Shown: piece after piece, positions 35,148 to 45,603 of the stretch | Position numbering within the stretch: position 1 is the stretch's first letter | Layout of the letters: each line of letters begins with the position of its first letter | Source: Diplonema japonicum | Lineage: Eukaryota; Protista; Euglenozoa: Diplonemea | Length of the DNA stretch: 64,000 bases | Reading direction: 5' to 3' | NCBI GenBank assembly: GCA_964019335.1 | Contig: OZ025745.1 | Coordinates: 303,314-367,313, forward strand | Position numbers and translations under genes: made by a program | The notes under the pieces: model-generated | Told to the model about the DNA's origin: nothing | What the model saw: only the letters and a program-made list of their open reading frames with translations | The model's database searches: none

Positions 35148-36466
35148 CCCTTCTGAATTAACATACTTTCTTTATAAATTCATGTCCCATGAGCTCGGCA
35201 GCAGATGGCCGCTTCTCCGGCTTCTGTATCATGCATTGCCCAATAAAATCAAGGAACTCTGCACTGAAGTTTTTGTCCTTAGGCCACTGGATGATGGCTC
35301 TCTCCTCTGCGATGATGCAGCAGAGTTCAAACAGCGCAGTTCCCGTCTTCTGGTCGCCCGCTCCAATTGGGAAGTAGCCGCAGGCAAGCTCTGCTAACTG
35401 TTTTTTTTTTTTTTTTTCCTTTTTTTTTCTTTTTCCTTTACCGTTACTCCGACTGCCCAGATATCACATGCCGTAGTGTATCCATCCCCACGGACTCTCT
35501 CGGGCTGTTTTTTTTTTTTTTTTTCCTTTTTTTTTTTTTTCTCTTTCATACGCTCATATACGCTGTGGAGCCGACCGCTGTGAATGCCATTTTCTGTTGG
35601 TTCGACAAGAACGTTGCAACTCCGAAATCGGAGATTTTAACCTTTTTTTTTTTTTGTTTTCTTTTCTTTTTTTTTCCCCCCCTCCCTCTTTACCTGCCCC
35701 TCTGCGTTGACCAACAAATTCGAAGGTTTCAGGTCCCGGTGTATAATACCGTCACCCGTTCCACCACCGGTGTGGAGGTGGTTCAAGCCGGCCAGAATCT
35801 GTAAAAAAAAAAAAAAAAAAATCTTTTTTTTTAATAAAGTTCATACCTGAGCAGAGATTGCACTAAGCACTTCCTCTGGTATGGTCTTCCCTGTCTGTTG
35901 AGTTTTTTTGGCAACGTTCTGAAGTGTTCCGTATGACATGAATTCCATGAGCACCATCAGGAAGCCTTCTTTGAAGTAAGCTTCGAGACTCGCCACTAGG
36001 TTAGGGTGCTTGTCAACTCCATTCTGCGAGCACCTCGACAATTCTGTTTGCAGAACTTTACGAGTCATGTCCGGCCCGAAGGAGATGATCTTAAGGGCAA
36101 GGAGCTTCTTGGTGGGTATGTGCTTCACCTTTCGTACTGTTTTTTTTTTTTTTTTTATTTGAGATAAAAATTACCTTTTGCTTGACTCCCTTCACCGATC
36201 ACTTCTCCCATTTTCAAATCTTCAAACAAAAAAGCTTCTTTTTTGTTCTCCATCAAGGCCTCAACCACTCCACTCTTCTCCTTTTTTTCTGGTCGGGGAG
36301 CTGCCGGTTTGTCGGCTTCAATTTTCAACCCGCCTCTGCCCACCTGCGCCCGTTCTCCGTTTGGCATTTGGACCTGGAGTGTCAAACTGTCGGTGATATT
36401 GAACTCCTTCTCCTTCTCCACCGGCTGGAGCGAGATCGGCTTCTTCCCCTGTCTTTTGCTCGTCAT
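35053..36466 (-). CDS. MAP kinase kinase (STE7/MAP2K family); 7 exons
   Basis: Six introns (36137-36174, 35799-35846, 35642-35693, 35505-35551, 35398-35441, 35104-35166) give IGEGSQAKV...ALK...IIHRDLKPSNLL...VKISDFGVA...VGSTAYMSPERV...CDIWAVG, ending VME-stop. Confidence 0.92.
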
Positions 36467-36945
36467 TTTGTGTCTGTTTTTCTTTTTTTTTTCTCTTCTC
36501 TTTTTCCCCCCCTTTTTTTTATAACCTTTTCTTTTTTCTTCTTCTTCTCTTGTTTCGGTTCCCTCCCACCCCGCCCTCCTTTTTTTTAATTTGATCTTGA
36601 AGGGGGGGGGGGGGGGGTTGCAACATGTTTGCAAAGCAGCAGGGAAAAAAAAGAAGAATTTCTCTTATCCTTTGTTATTCGGGGGGGGGGGGGGGGGGGA
36701 ATCAAACAACAAAAAATCGAGACAAGAAAACAAAAGGAAGAATTGGGGGAGGGGGTGTACATCTAAAGTGGAAGGGGCAAAAGGGATCATCTACAACGGT
36801 GAAAAGAGAAGAAGGCAAGAAAAATCTTTTTTTTTTTTTACGACGTTTAGAAATACAACAATAATGAGGGGTTGGGGAGAAGGGGGGGGAAAGTTGACAG
36901 TAAGAAACTTTTATTTTTATTTTTTTTATGTACAAAATAATTGAC

Positions 36946-39900
36946 TCACCTGGCCCGCAATGCCTCCTGCTGCATTAAGTAGTGCAAGTTCCGCTGTGTG
37001 CGAGGGTCAGAAAGCTGCGGCTGGCTCTGGGGCACGGGGATGGGAACGTCATCAAGGATAGAAAGGATTTCTTGTGCAGCAATCCCTTCTTGTGATTTCG
37101 GGTATAAGTGCTGCTGCTGTTGCGTGCCAGAGCTGCTCTGTTGGCTGGGATGGGAAGGGAGTTGGCTTGGCAGTGCGAAAGGGAGGCTTGAAGTGCTCTC
37201 GTACCCAGAAGGAAACTCTTTAGGAGGACGTGAAGGGGGTCTCGGTGGAGACAAGCTCCTGGCTGCCGGCTGCTTCCTCGTCGCGCCTGTTGAGAATCTG
37301 CGCCTGATGTCCTCCCTCTCTAGCTCCCTCCTCTTCTCCGTATCTGTCATCACGTTCCACTCAAAATCCGACGGCATCACTGGAGCTGCCTTCTGCTCCA
37401 CGACGGCTGGCTCTTCCGCCACTTCCTGCACTTGTCCGTAGCTCTTCGGCAGGACCACTGCCCCCTTCTTTACACCTGCCAACCCAGCGGGCCTTCGGGT
37501 ATGTTTCACACCCCGCCTCACGCTCTGCGGTGTTGTCTTCTCTTTCGTCGGTGACTTCGCCCGTCTCACCGTCTTCCTCTTCCTCTTCGACAACCCATCC
37601 ACCTGTGCCTGCAGGTCCATCAGTGCCATTTCAATTGCGTCTTTAGGCTCCTTCATGGGCGACCTACGTGGGAGGGGCGACATGGCCTGTTCCACTAGGG
37701 GCATCAAGGGGGGTGGCGGTGAGGCGACAGATCCCAGACCGCCTACCTCCACACCCTCCACCTCCGCACCCACAGACCCCAATGCTAAGCTCAGAGGGTC
37801 CTGCGGCATCCTGCATCTCATCACTAACTCGCGGGCGACACGGTCCGCAGCAGGCACACCCACCACACGCATCCTGAGCACGGGACCGGCATCGAGAGAT
37901 ATGGGCAAGAGTTCTAAGTTGTGCTGATCAATATCCAGGAGCGGTGCGATGCTCATGAGGCAGGCCACAGGGTCCATGACAGGGTTGTACAGTGTGATGC
38001 GCACCACACCAGAGGGGGCGCTGTGCTCAGGTGCCTGCGACTGCGGGGCACTGAGGTGCAGCAGGTCCTGAACCAACGGGGACCCAGCACTGGACACCGC
38101 TGCTGCTGGCCACCAACACGTCCTTCCGTCGCTGAAGCCCACCTTCACGTTCCCTGCAGCGTCAGAGGTGGCCACAACGCCTGTGCTGCCGCAGTACGAT
38201 GCCATAGTGTCGTCCCACTGGATGGAGATGTTGGACTCAACGTAGGCACGCACTCGCCTAACGTCCTCATCGATTGTCACGCTGCTGCCAGGGGTATGCC
38301 CCACCTGCTCCTCAGCCGGCCAGGGCCAGTCCGGGTGCTTCTGTATTAACATCTTCAACAAGGCTGCTTCCCTCCCACGGTACTCTTCCACCATTTTGTT
38401 CACGTTGCCCAAAGCATGTGGTGCCCGTGCTGCGCAGAACGCTGCCAAAGCACTTCGTATTTTATTCGCAGCCTCCGACTCAGGGGGCATCGTGCCGACC
38501 CTGCTCACTCCGGCTGGAGCCAGAGACGTCTGCACCTGAACCTGGCTCACACCAGGGCTTTGACTCTGTCCTTCTTTCCATAGTGCATCTGTGCTACTAA
38601 AGTTCAAGGGCGTTGTTGGTGGAGGATACGTGCTTTGTTCAAGTTTTGCTAGTCTGGCAATGGAAGGTCCGTCCCCTGACTGTGCGGCAATGGTTAGGTA
38701 CTTGATGGCACCTGCTTCATCTTTTGGCAACCCGAAGTACCCGTCGAGCAGCCAGGAACCTACAGTGCCAGCTGCCGTCGCGTGGTTGGGGTGCAGGGGA
38801 TCGTCTGCTTGCTTGAAAGTCTCCCTGACAACGTCAGCGACTTCAGGTGGTAATTGGCTCAGAGCAGATGCAGGCGTCGAGTTTGGCTGCGATACAGGCG
38901 CCTCGTTCTGGGTTTGGGGTGTCTCGGGTGCTGCAGGTGTGGCCACTGGCGACGGGGGGGCATCATCCACAGGACCATGCACCCCAAAGGGTGCCCCGCC
39001 ACGCGTTGCCCTTGACGCTTGCACTTGCGGGGAAGGCGCGCCGACCCCGTGCACCTGACGGATCTCCCGCCCCATCTCTGCCAGCAGAACTCTGTACGAA
39101 GGCTGCCCGTGGCGCTGCATGGCGTTCAGGAAGGACCTCGTCAGCGTGCCCGCGTCGTACATGGCACCGCCCATGAGACCGAAGGTAACTAAGTCGGCTG
39201 CGTAAGCCTCGCCAGGCAGACCTGTACTCCTTTCGCCATTTTCGTTGAGTGCATTCTGCAAAGAAAGGAAGCTGCCTGCTGGGTTTGTGTCCATGAGCAT
39301 CACTAGCCGCACGCCGCTGGGAAGGTTTTTGAGGAGGGCTGCCGACACGTCACTGGGGCTCACCTTCGAGCCGTCGGGCAAGCTGAGCACCCCGTTGCTT
39401 GCTGCACCGCAGTAGGCGAACAGCAGAACATCGCCAGTGCGGCTGCCTTCGCCCAACCACCTCAAGCCTGTCACCACCGACCCGTACGTGGCCTGCTCTC
39501 TGTCATCGAGGTCCACGCTGCGCGTTTGGGGTGCAAGCTGCTCCTCGATCCATGCTTGCAGGCCGCGTGCCACATTGCCCTCTCCTACAATGAGCGCCCG
39601 AGCAGACCCGTAAATACGTACCTTCGGCTCAGGTTTGGGCGCAGGGCTGGGAGGACGCACGGGAGAAGGAGCTTCATGCGGCGTAGGAGGTACTTGTGGA
39701 GTGGACACAGTAGAAAGAGCGGGACGCGGCTGTTTAGGTGTGTCAGGTGCAGTGGTGGTGCGCATCCTTTCCAACAGCGACTCATACAGATCCTTTTCGG
39801 CACCGATGTACTGCTCGAGGATCTGCTGGATCTCAGCTTGCGTCTTCGTAGGGTCATGGACCTGGTACAGCGCTAATATTCTCTGGCGGTACTCAGAAGG

Positions 39901-42669
39901 TGAGGGATGCAGGGATGTGGACGCAGTTTCCTGCAGCGCCGGTGCCACCACAGGTTGCTGGACAGGCTGGATAACGGGCTGTATGATGGGCTGCTGTGGA
40001 GGTGCGGGTGAATGCGCTGGTTGCTGCGACAGCTGCTGGTTTGTGAGCTGCTGCTGGTGGAGGATTTGCTGCAGCATCATCTGATGCTTCAAGTCATGGA
40101 CTTGAGAAGCAAGCTCCGTCACTGCAGGCGAGGCGTGCTGCGGGGCCGCCTGAACGGTTTCCTGTTGCTGTGGATGGATCGGGAGAACAGAGGCACTGCC
40201 GAAAGGCCTGTCTATTCTGGGGGAGGTGCTCCTTCGTTCTACTGACCTGCCTCGTCGCACTGATAAGGGGACGCTCGGGTCGTCATCGTCCTCAGAAAGC
40301 TCGTAGGCCCCCTGCGACTCCACGGGGTTCCGCACCCGCCGCCCGTTGCGTATGACAGACCCCGACACGTTGGCTGAGATGCTACGCAGGGGGCTCCCTG
40401 CCATCGTGTGTATCCCTCCTTGTGCTGTGGGTGCCGGGGACGCAGTTCTGCTGCGCCTTGTAACTAAAGGAATCATGTCTGTCTTTAATAACCTCCACTT
40501 CGCTGGCTTCTGCAATTCCATCTTCCCTCTCAGATCAGTCGTGTTTCGCTTTTCGGACTCCCTGAGGGTGTCACCTCCGTTCAGATGCGCATAGATCTTC
40601 CGCAGCACCTTCCGTAGGTTCTCGGCATCTTTTGGAATCATCACTAGCAGCATGTCGAAGTTAGGAAACTTCAAGCCTATCCACACGTACTCACCCTCCT
40701 TGCAGCGCAGCACTTCTTTAATCTTTTTCACGTGCTCGAACCTCGTGAATTTCCCTTTCTCATCCAGCAGCGCCAGCCCGTTGTGCGTCACCATCAAGAT
40801 CCTCTTTGACGACGTGTGATACATGCTGTTCAGCTTGCGCACATAGGTTGCAAAGAAGATCACGCAATTCTTGAATATTTTCAAGGGGCCCATGCGTGCC
40901 AGCTCCGCAGGTAACACGTACTTGAGATTCAGTACGGGGTCCTCATCGGTTACCACAGACTGCTGGTGCCTGGTCATCGGTATTTGGTTGACCACCACTG
41001 AGGGCGACATGGAACGTGCCTCACGGACGACCAAAGGAACTTTGGTTTGCGGCGCTTCCTGGGACTGCGAGAATTGCGTGGGATACGATGCAAGTGCGGG
41101 GTAGCTTGCTGCTGGGTAAGGTACAGAAACATCAGAAGCTGGTGTTTGAGGTTCGTGGTACATAGGGTGGGCAAGAGGAGTTGGCTGCGGCAAAGGATTA
41201 TGGTGCGCGGCAAAAGGAGCAGCGGGGCTGGCGGTGGGGAACTGCGTGGACGGATGTGTCACAGGAACCCGTTGTGGAGCAGTGTCCTGGTGACTCGATG
41301 GAAGCGTCTGAGGAACTGATATTTGCGGCTGAGCGGGTGGTATTTGCGGGCTGCTGACCGCCACCGGTGGCTCCGCTACGGAAACAGGCGCAGGAGCAGG
41401 TGTCGGGGCAGGGACAGGAACAGGGACAGGTGTCGGGGCAGGGACAGGAACAGGGACAGGTGTCGGGGCAGGGACAGGAACAGGTGTTGGGGCGGGTGCA
41501 GGAGCCGGAGCCGGCACACGTGTTTGTGACGGTGCTGGTACAGATGGTGCAACCTTAGATACGGGAGCGGGGGTGACAGGGGTTGATGCTGGCGGTGGTG
41601 GCGGGGCGGCTTCTTTGACAACAGGGGGTGGCAACACCGCACCCGACGATGACGCTGAAACTTGCATCGGCGCACTAGGCTCTGGCTGGGGACCAGCAAT
41701 CAACTTGGCATTCCTAGGCCTCAGGTTCAACGTCTCGTTCTTCAACCTGGTATTGTACACCAGGGACCCGTCGGTGATGGCTGTGACTGCATTGATGATG
41801 CCCTGCTGCCCGTTGAGGTAGGACTTGCTCACAAGGCCCACCACCTCAATCGTGCTCTTCACCTCAAGGATCTTCACCTTCACCTCAGTAGGGTACACAA
41901 CTATTTCCTTCCCACGGACACGCACCTTTAAGCAATCAATAGTGTCCCGTGTAGTGTACCCCGACACGGGGATGGTCTCACCATTGTACTCTACAAGAAC
42001 CCCAAAACCGGGGCGTGGCTCACCGGTGCTCAGCAGTTTCGCGTTTTGGGGTTTTAAAGGCCAGAGCCCCAGATCGACCCTTGTTGGGTAATGCGTTCTG
42101 ATTTTTTCCTTGATAGAAGAGGTGAGGTATTTTTCCATAATACGCGCTTTGAGGAAGGCGGCGCTGTCCTTCTCCCCCCAGTCCACAACGGTCGCACGGG
42201 TTTTGTTGATGCAGGATAGGGTTTGGAGGCTGTGCAACTCGATGATGGAGTTGAGGGGGTACTTTTTGAGGCTTTCAGGGGGTTTGGGATTGTCTCTGCC
42301 ATAATGCTCGCTGGTGATTCTGACATGCAGGACACCTGCATCGATGGCCTTGGTGGGGTCTTTGGAGTTGGGGATAACGAGACGGAAATAGGACTCTAAA
42401 GGCACCTTGCGAATCATCTTTGAAATGTCCACCTTCCCTTCACCCATGACGTTGTCGGTCTTGTTTTTCACGGCGAACTTTATTCTGTCTGTGGAAGAGA
42501 CGCTGAACTCCAACGTTTGGTCCCACTTGGGGGAGAGGCCTTTCTCGGCTGCCTCGGTTTTCTTCGTTACATCGCCTATGGTAACGTGAGCCACGGCCGC
42601 GCTCTCCCTGTACCTGTTCGGCTCATGCAGGTCTGTTGCCTTGATGACCTTAACCTTGATGGTAGGCAT
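36946..42669 (-). CDS. 1907-aa multidomain scaffold: C2, SH3-like repeats, Pro-rich linker, PH-like domain, inactive metacaspase-like domain, SEL1-like repeat, MIB/SH3-like module
   Basis: N-terminal C2 (IKVKVIKATDL...PKWDQTLEF); PH-like FATYVRKLN...KRILMVT; ARALIVG...GLRWLGEGSRTGDVLLFAYCGAA...LPSGVRLVMLMDTNPAG; GYFGLPKDEAGAIKYLTIAA. Confidence 0.8.
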   Translation of the reverse strand: MPTIKVKVIKATDLHEPNRYRESAAVAHVTIGDVTKKTEAAEKGLSPKWDQTLEFSVSSTDRIKFAVKNKTDNVMGEGKVDISKMIRKVPLESYFRLVIPNSKDPTKAIDAGVLHVRITSEHYGRDNPKPPESLKKYPLNSIIELHSLQTLSCINKTRATVVDWGEKDSAAFLKARIMEKYLTSSIKEKIRTHYPTRVDLGLWPLKPQNAKLLSTGEPRPGFGVLVEYNGETIPVSGYTTRDTIDCLKVRVRGKEIVVYPTEVKVKILEVKSTIEVVGLVSKSYLNGQQGIINAVTAITDGSLVYNTRLKNETLNLRPRNAKLIAGPQPEPSAPMQVSASSSGAVLPPPVVKEAAPPPPPASTPVTPAPVSKVAPSVPAPSQTRVPAPAPAPAPTPVPVPAPTPVPVPVPAPTPVPVPVPAPTPAPAPVSVAEPPVAVSSPQIPPAQPQISVPQTLPSSHQDTAPQRVPVTHPSTQFPTASPAAPFAAHHNPLPQPTPLAHPMYHEPQTPASDVSVPYPAASYPALASYPTQFSQSQEAPQTKVPLVVREARSMSPSVVVNQIPMTRHQQSVVTDEDPVLNLKYVLPAELARMGPLKIFKNCVIFFATYVRKLNSMYHTSSKRILMVTHNGLALLDEKGKFTRFEHVKKIKEVLRCKEGEYVWIGLKFPNFDMLLVMIPKDAENLRKVLRKIYAHLNGGDTLRESEKRNTTDLRGKMELQKPAKWRLLKTDMIPLVTRRSRTASPAPTAQGGIHTMAGSPLRSISANVSGSVIRNGRRVRNPVESQGAYELSEDDDDPSVPLSVRRGRSVERRSTSPRIDRPFGSASVLPIHPQQQETVQAAPQHASPAVTELASQVHDLKHQMMLQQILHQQQLTNQQLSQQPAHSPAPPQQPIIQPVIQPVQQPVVAPALQETASTSLHPSPSEYRQRILALYQVHDPTKTQAEIQQILEQYIGAEKDLYESLLERMRTTTAPDTPKQPRPALSTVSTPQVPPTPHEAPSPVRPPSPAPKPEPKVRIYGSARALIVGEGNVARGLQAWIEEQLAPQTRSVDLDDREQATYGSVVTGLRWLGEGSRTGDVLLFAYCGAASNGVLSLPDGSKVSPSDVSAALLKNLPSGVRLVMLMDTNPAGSFLSLQNALNENGERSTGLPGEAYAADLVTFGLMGGAMYDAGTLTRSFLNAMQRHGQPSYRVLLAEMGREIRQVHGVGAPSPQVQASRATRGGAPFGVHGPVDDAPPSPVATPAAPETPQTQNEAPVSQPNSTPASALSQLPPEVADVVRETFKQADDPLHPNHATAAGTVGSWLLDGYFGLPKDEAGAIKYLTIAAQSGDGPSIARLAKLEQSTYPPPTTPLNFSSTDALWKEGQSQSPGVSQVQVQTSLAPAGVSRVGTMPPESEAANKIRSALAAFCAARAPHALGNVNKMVEEYRGREAALLKMLIQKHPDWPWPAEEQVGHTPGSSVTIDEDVRRVRAYVESNISIQWDDTMASYCGSTGVVATSDAAGNVKVGFSDGRTCWWPAAAVSSAGSPLVQDLLHLSAPQSQAPEHSAPSGVVRITLYNPVMDPVACLMSIAPLLDIDQHNLELLPISLDAGPVLRMRVVGVPAADRVARELVMRCRMPQDPLSLALGSVGAEVEGVEVGGLGSVASPPPPLMPLVEQAMSPLPRRSPMKEPKDAIEMALMDLQAQVDGLSKRKRKTVRRAKSPTKEKTTPQSVRRGVKHTRRPAGLAGVKKGAVVLPKSYGQVQEVAEEPAVVEQKAAPVMPSDFEWNVMTDTEKRRELEREDIRRRFSTGATRKQPAARSLSPPRPPSRPPKEFPSGYESTSSLPFALPSQLPSHPSQQSSSGTQQQQHLYPKSQEGIAAQEILSILDDVPIPVPQSQPQLSDPRTQRNLHYLMQQEALRAR

Positions 42670-43391
42670 GGGCCCTTCCCTTCCCTTCCCTGGTGGTTTT
42701 TGTTGTAAATGCGGTGAATGAACGGGGGGGGGGGGGTGAATTTAAAAAAAAGGGAGGGGTATAAAAAGAAAACATGGAAGGTAGGACCGAAAGCATAGGG
42801 CCTGAGCTATTAATATCCCAGTAACCATTTTTTTTTTTTGAAAAAGGGGACCTTTTTTTGTTTTCCTTCTTTTTTTTTTTGCAAAAAAAAAAACGGATTG
42901 TGCACTTTTCCCAGAGTTATGTTTCTGAGCACAAAAGTCCTGATTGCTAAAAAAAAAAAAGAAGAAGAAAAAAGGGGGGGGGTGAATGGGGAAAAGAAAG
43001 AGGGAGAGAGTGAAAGAAGTGGAATAAAAAAGAAGAAGAAAAAAGGGGGGGGGGTGAATGAATGGAAGCGAAAAAGAAGAGGGGAAAAAAAGAGGGGGAA
43101 ACAAAAAATTTGGAAGGAGGGAGACCACTGTAAACGCGACTGAGCAATTAAGTTGGTGGCCCATTTTTTTTTTGTTCTTTTGAAAACAGTTTACCGATGT
43201 TCTCCTCTTAGTTGTTAAGCAAGTCAAAAGACTCGTACTTGTAAAAAGAAGAAAATAAAAGAAAACACGTACTTTGACAGGAAAGAAGAAGGCAAACATA
43301 AAACGAAAAGAATATGGAAGAGAGGAGGAGAGAAAGAAGAAAACGGAAGACCAAAAAACTTCTTTTTTTTTTTTTTAAATAGGTTTGATCA

Positions 43392-43424
43392 TCTCTCAGA
43401 TCTCTAAACTTGAGATCTGAGAGA
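43392..43424. repeat. Perfect inverted repeat, 13-bp stem and 7-nt loop
   Basis: TCTCTCAGATCTC-TAAACTT-GAGATCTGAGAGA. Confidence 0.9.
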
Positions 43425-44367
43425 ACCCCCTTTTTTTATTATTATTATTTTTTTTTTTTTTTCCCTCTTCTTTTTTTTTTAACTTTTAACAATTAAAGGA
43501 TAAGTTTTTTCTTTTTTTTTCCCCCCTCTTTTTTTCTTTGACTGGGACAGGAAAGCTCCGATGCCAACTGGATGACTACTAATTGGTTTTTTTTCGCAAC
43601 TTTTCTGTCGCACTGCAAAAGAGGGAAAAAAAAAAGGATATGGCAAAGGCAGAGAATGGTTTGTGGAGGTTCCAAAAATCCCATCGGGCGGAGAGAAACA
43701 GCTTATGCAAACGACACTGATGGTGCTTAAAAGTGATATCTGGTATAAGAAAAGTCGCGCAACATAAAACCCTTCTCCGGCTTAACTAGATATCTAGCGC
43801 TTCGTCCTTTATCGGTTATTTCATTCATTCGTTTTTTTTTTTTCTTTTTTTTTTTTCCCTCTTTTCATCTTCTTTTTTTCTCATTCTTCTTCTTTGGTAA
43901 GGAACAAAAATAAGAAAGAGGGGGGGAAAAGAAATTTCATAAAGGGAAGAAGAAAAAAAAAGAGGGGAAAAAAAAAAGAAAAAAAAAAAACGAGAAACAA
44001 AAAAACAAAATAAAAATTGGTGTGCAGAGAGCGCTCACCCTTTTTTTTTAGAAAAAAAATACTTTCGGGTTTTTTCGGGGGGTGCGGGGGGGTTCTAAAT
44101 GTCTCCTTCCTCCCAAAAGCTGTAATGATTAAGCTTAAATGGGTGGTACAATTTCGCCATCAGTTCAGTAAACATAATATAAAAAAAAATTGTTTTATGA
44201 TTTTTTTTTTTTTAAAAAAAAGTTCGGGTTCAGTTCAGTTGCTTTTTTTTTTTTTTTTTTTTTTTTTTCTTCGTTCGAGAGAAAGGTAGCCTTTTAGTTT
44301 GTTCATTGAAAACCTGTCGTTACGATTCAAGTTCTTTTTTTTTTTTTTTTCAAATCCCCTCCCTTGT

Positions 44368-45183
44368 CTACAGTCCGGGGCTTTCCAACACTTCATCAGC
44401 AATCAATTTCTCCTCATCTTCCCATGTTTCAGAGGGACACCGCACTAATATAGCGTTCCTTGGCCACAGGTTCAAAACCACATCCTCAACCCCATCATCC
44501 AACTTCACCACATAAACAACAGCACCATCTGCGGCCACTGTGTGGGCTCTAATGACACCTTGCTTACCATTCCTCTCTGTTTCGTTTACCAGCCCTACAA
44601 CCTCTATCACGCTTTGCACCTCTAAAATATTTATCATAACCTGGGAAGGCGGCAGAGTTACCTCTGTACCGTGACTGTGCACTGTGAGCAGATCAGTTCC
44701 TTCCTGCAAAGTGTGGTCTATGACAGGGGTAATCTCCCCATCGTAATGAACCAAGACACCAGCGTGTGGAAGGGCGGTAGGCCATATTGAGGCACTGGGG
44801 GTATCCGATACGGGGCTTGAGTGCAGCTCAGTAATAACGCGTAGTTTTACGAATAAAAAACTTCGTTTACTACCAATACGTGTTTTGGCAGTCAGTGCCA
44901 CACGCTGCTCATAGGGAGAGAAGCAAATTATTTTTTTGATATCCATGACACCAGCGCCCATGACCTTGCCTTCGATATTCTTAACCTCGAACAAGACCTC
45001 TGTGTCGCCGGTGTCACCTGTAACCGGGAACTGCAACGCTGTGTTCCAAACTGGTTTCCCCCTTGCCGCCACCGTCCTCCTCGTCACCCCTCCCACCGTG
45101 ACATGAGCCACCGCCTTGCTCTTCCCGAACAATTTGGGTTCGTGAAGCCCCTCAGCTGTTATCAATTTAAGCTGAAGGTTCAT
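44368..45183 (-). CDS. C2-domain protein; short tandem paralog of the N-terminus of the 36946-42669 gene
   Basis: LHEP...AVAHVT.G.VT and GVLV.Y.GE...ILEV.S.IEVVGLV...NG.QG.I...DG..VY...LNL.PRNA are shared with the adjacent gene. ATG at 45183. Confidence 0.8.
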   Translation of the reverse strand: MNLQLKLITAEGLHEPKLFGKSKAVAHVTVGGVTRRTVAARGKPVWNTALQFPVTGDTGDTEVLFEVKNIEGKVMGAGVMDIKKIICFSPYEQRVALTAKTRIGSKRSFLFVKLRVITELHSSPVSDTPSASIWPTALPHAGVLVHYDGEITPVIDHTLQEGTDLLTVHSHGTEVTLPPSQVMINILEVQSVIEVVGLVNETERNGKQGVIRAHTVAADGAVVYVVKLDDGVEDVVLNLWPRNAILVRCPSETWEDEEKLIADEVLESPGL

Positions 45184-45435
45184 ATTGGTATACCACCTGT
45201 ACATATATGAAAGAAAGAAGAGAGATATATATAAAAAAAAGAGGGGGGGGGGAAAGCGAATCAATAAAAAAAAAAAGAAAAAGGTATTCCACCCGCTGAT
45301 CGGAGGAGAGGGGGAAAAGAAAAAAAAAAGAGGGGGGAAATATCATTTCATAAAAATAAAAAAAAAAAATAAAAATAAAAAAATGGGTGGATAATGTATA
45401 TTACAAGGGAAACCCTGCAAGAACAGCGCCCCTGT

Positions 45436-45565
45436 CTACAGGCAAAATACCAATAAGAGTGCTGCTATCAGCAATGTGTGGGGGGACAAGGTGGTGGCTG
45501 CGTTGTAGTGCAGCGGGCGCCTCGGGGGCCGTGTCTCAAGGGGGGTCTGCAATGTTGGAATGCGT

Positions 45566-45603
<38 letters not shown>

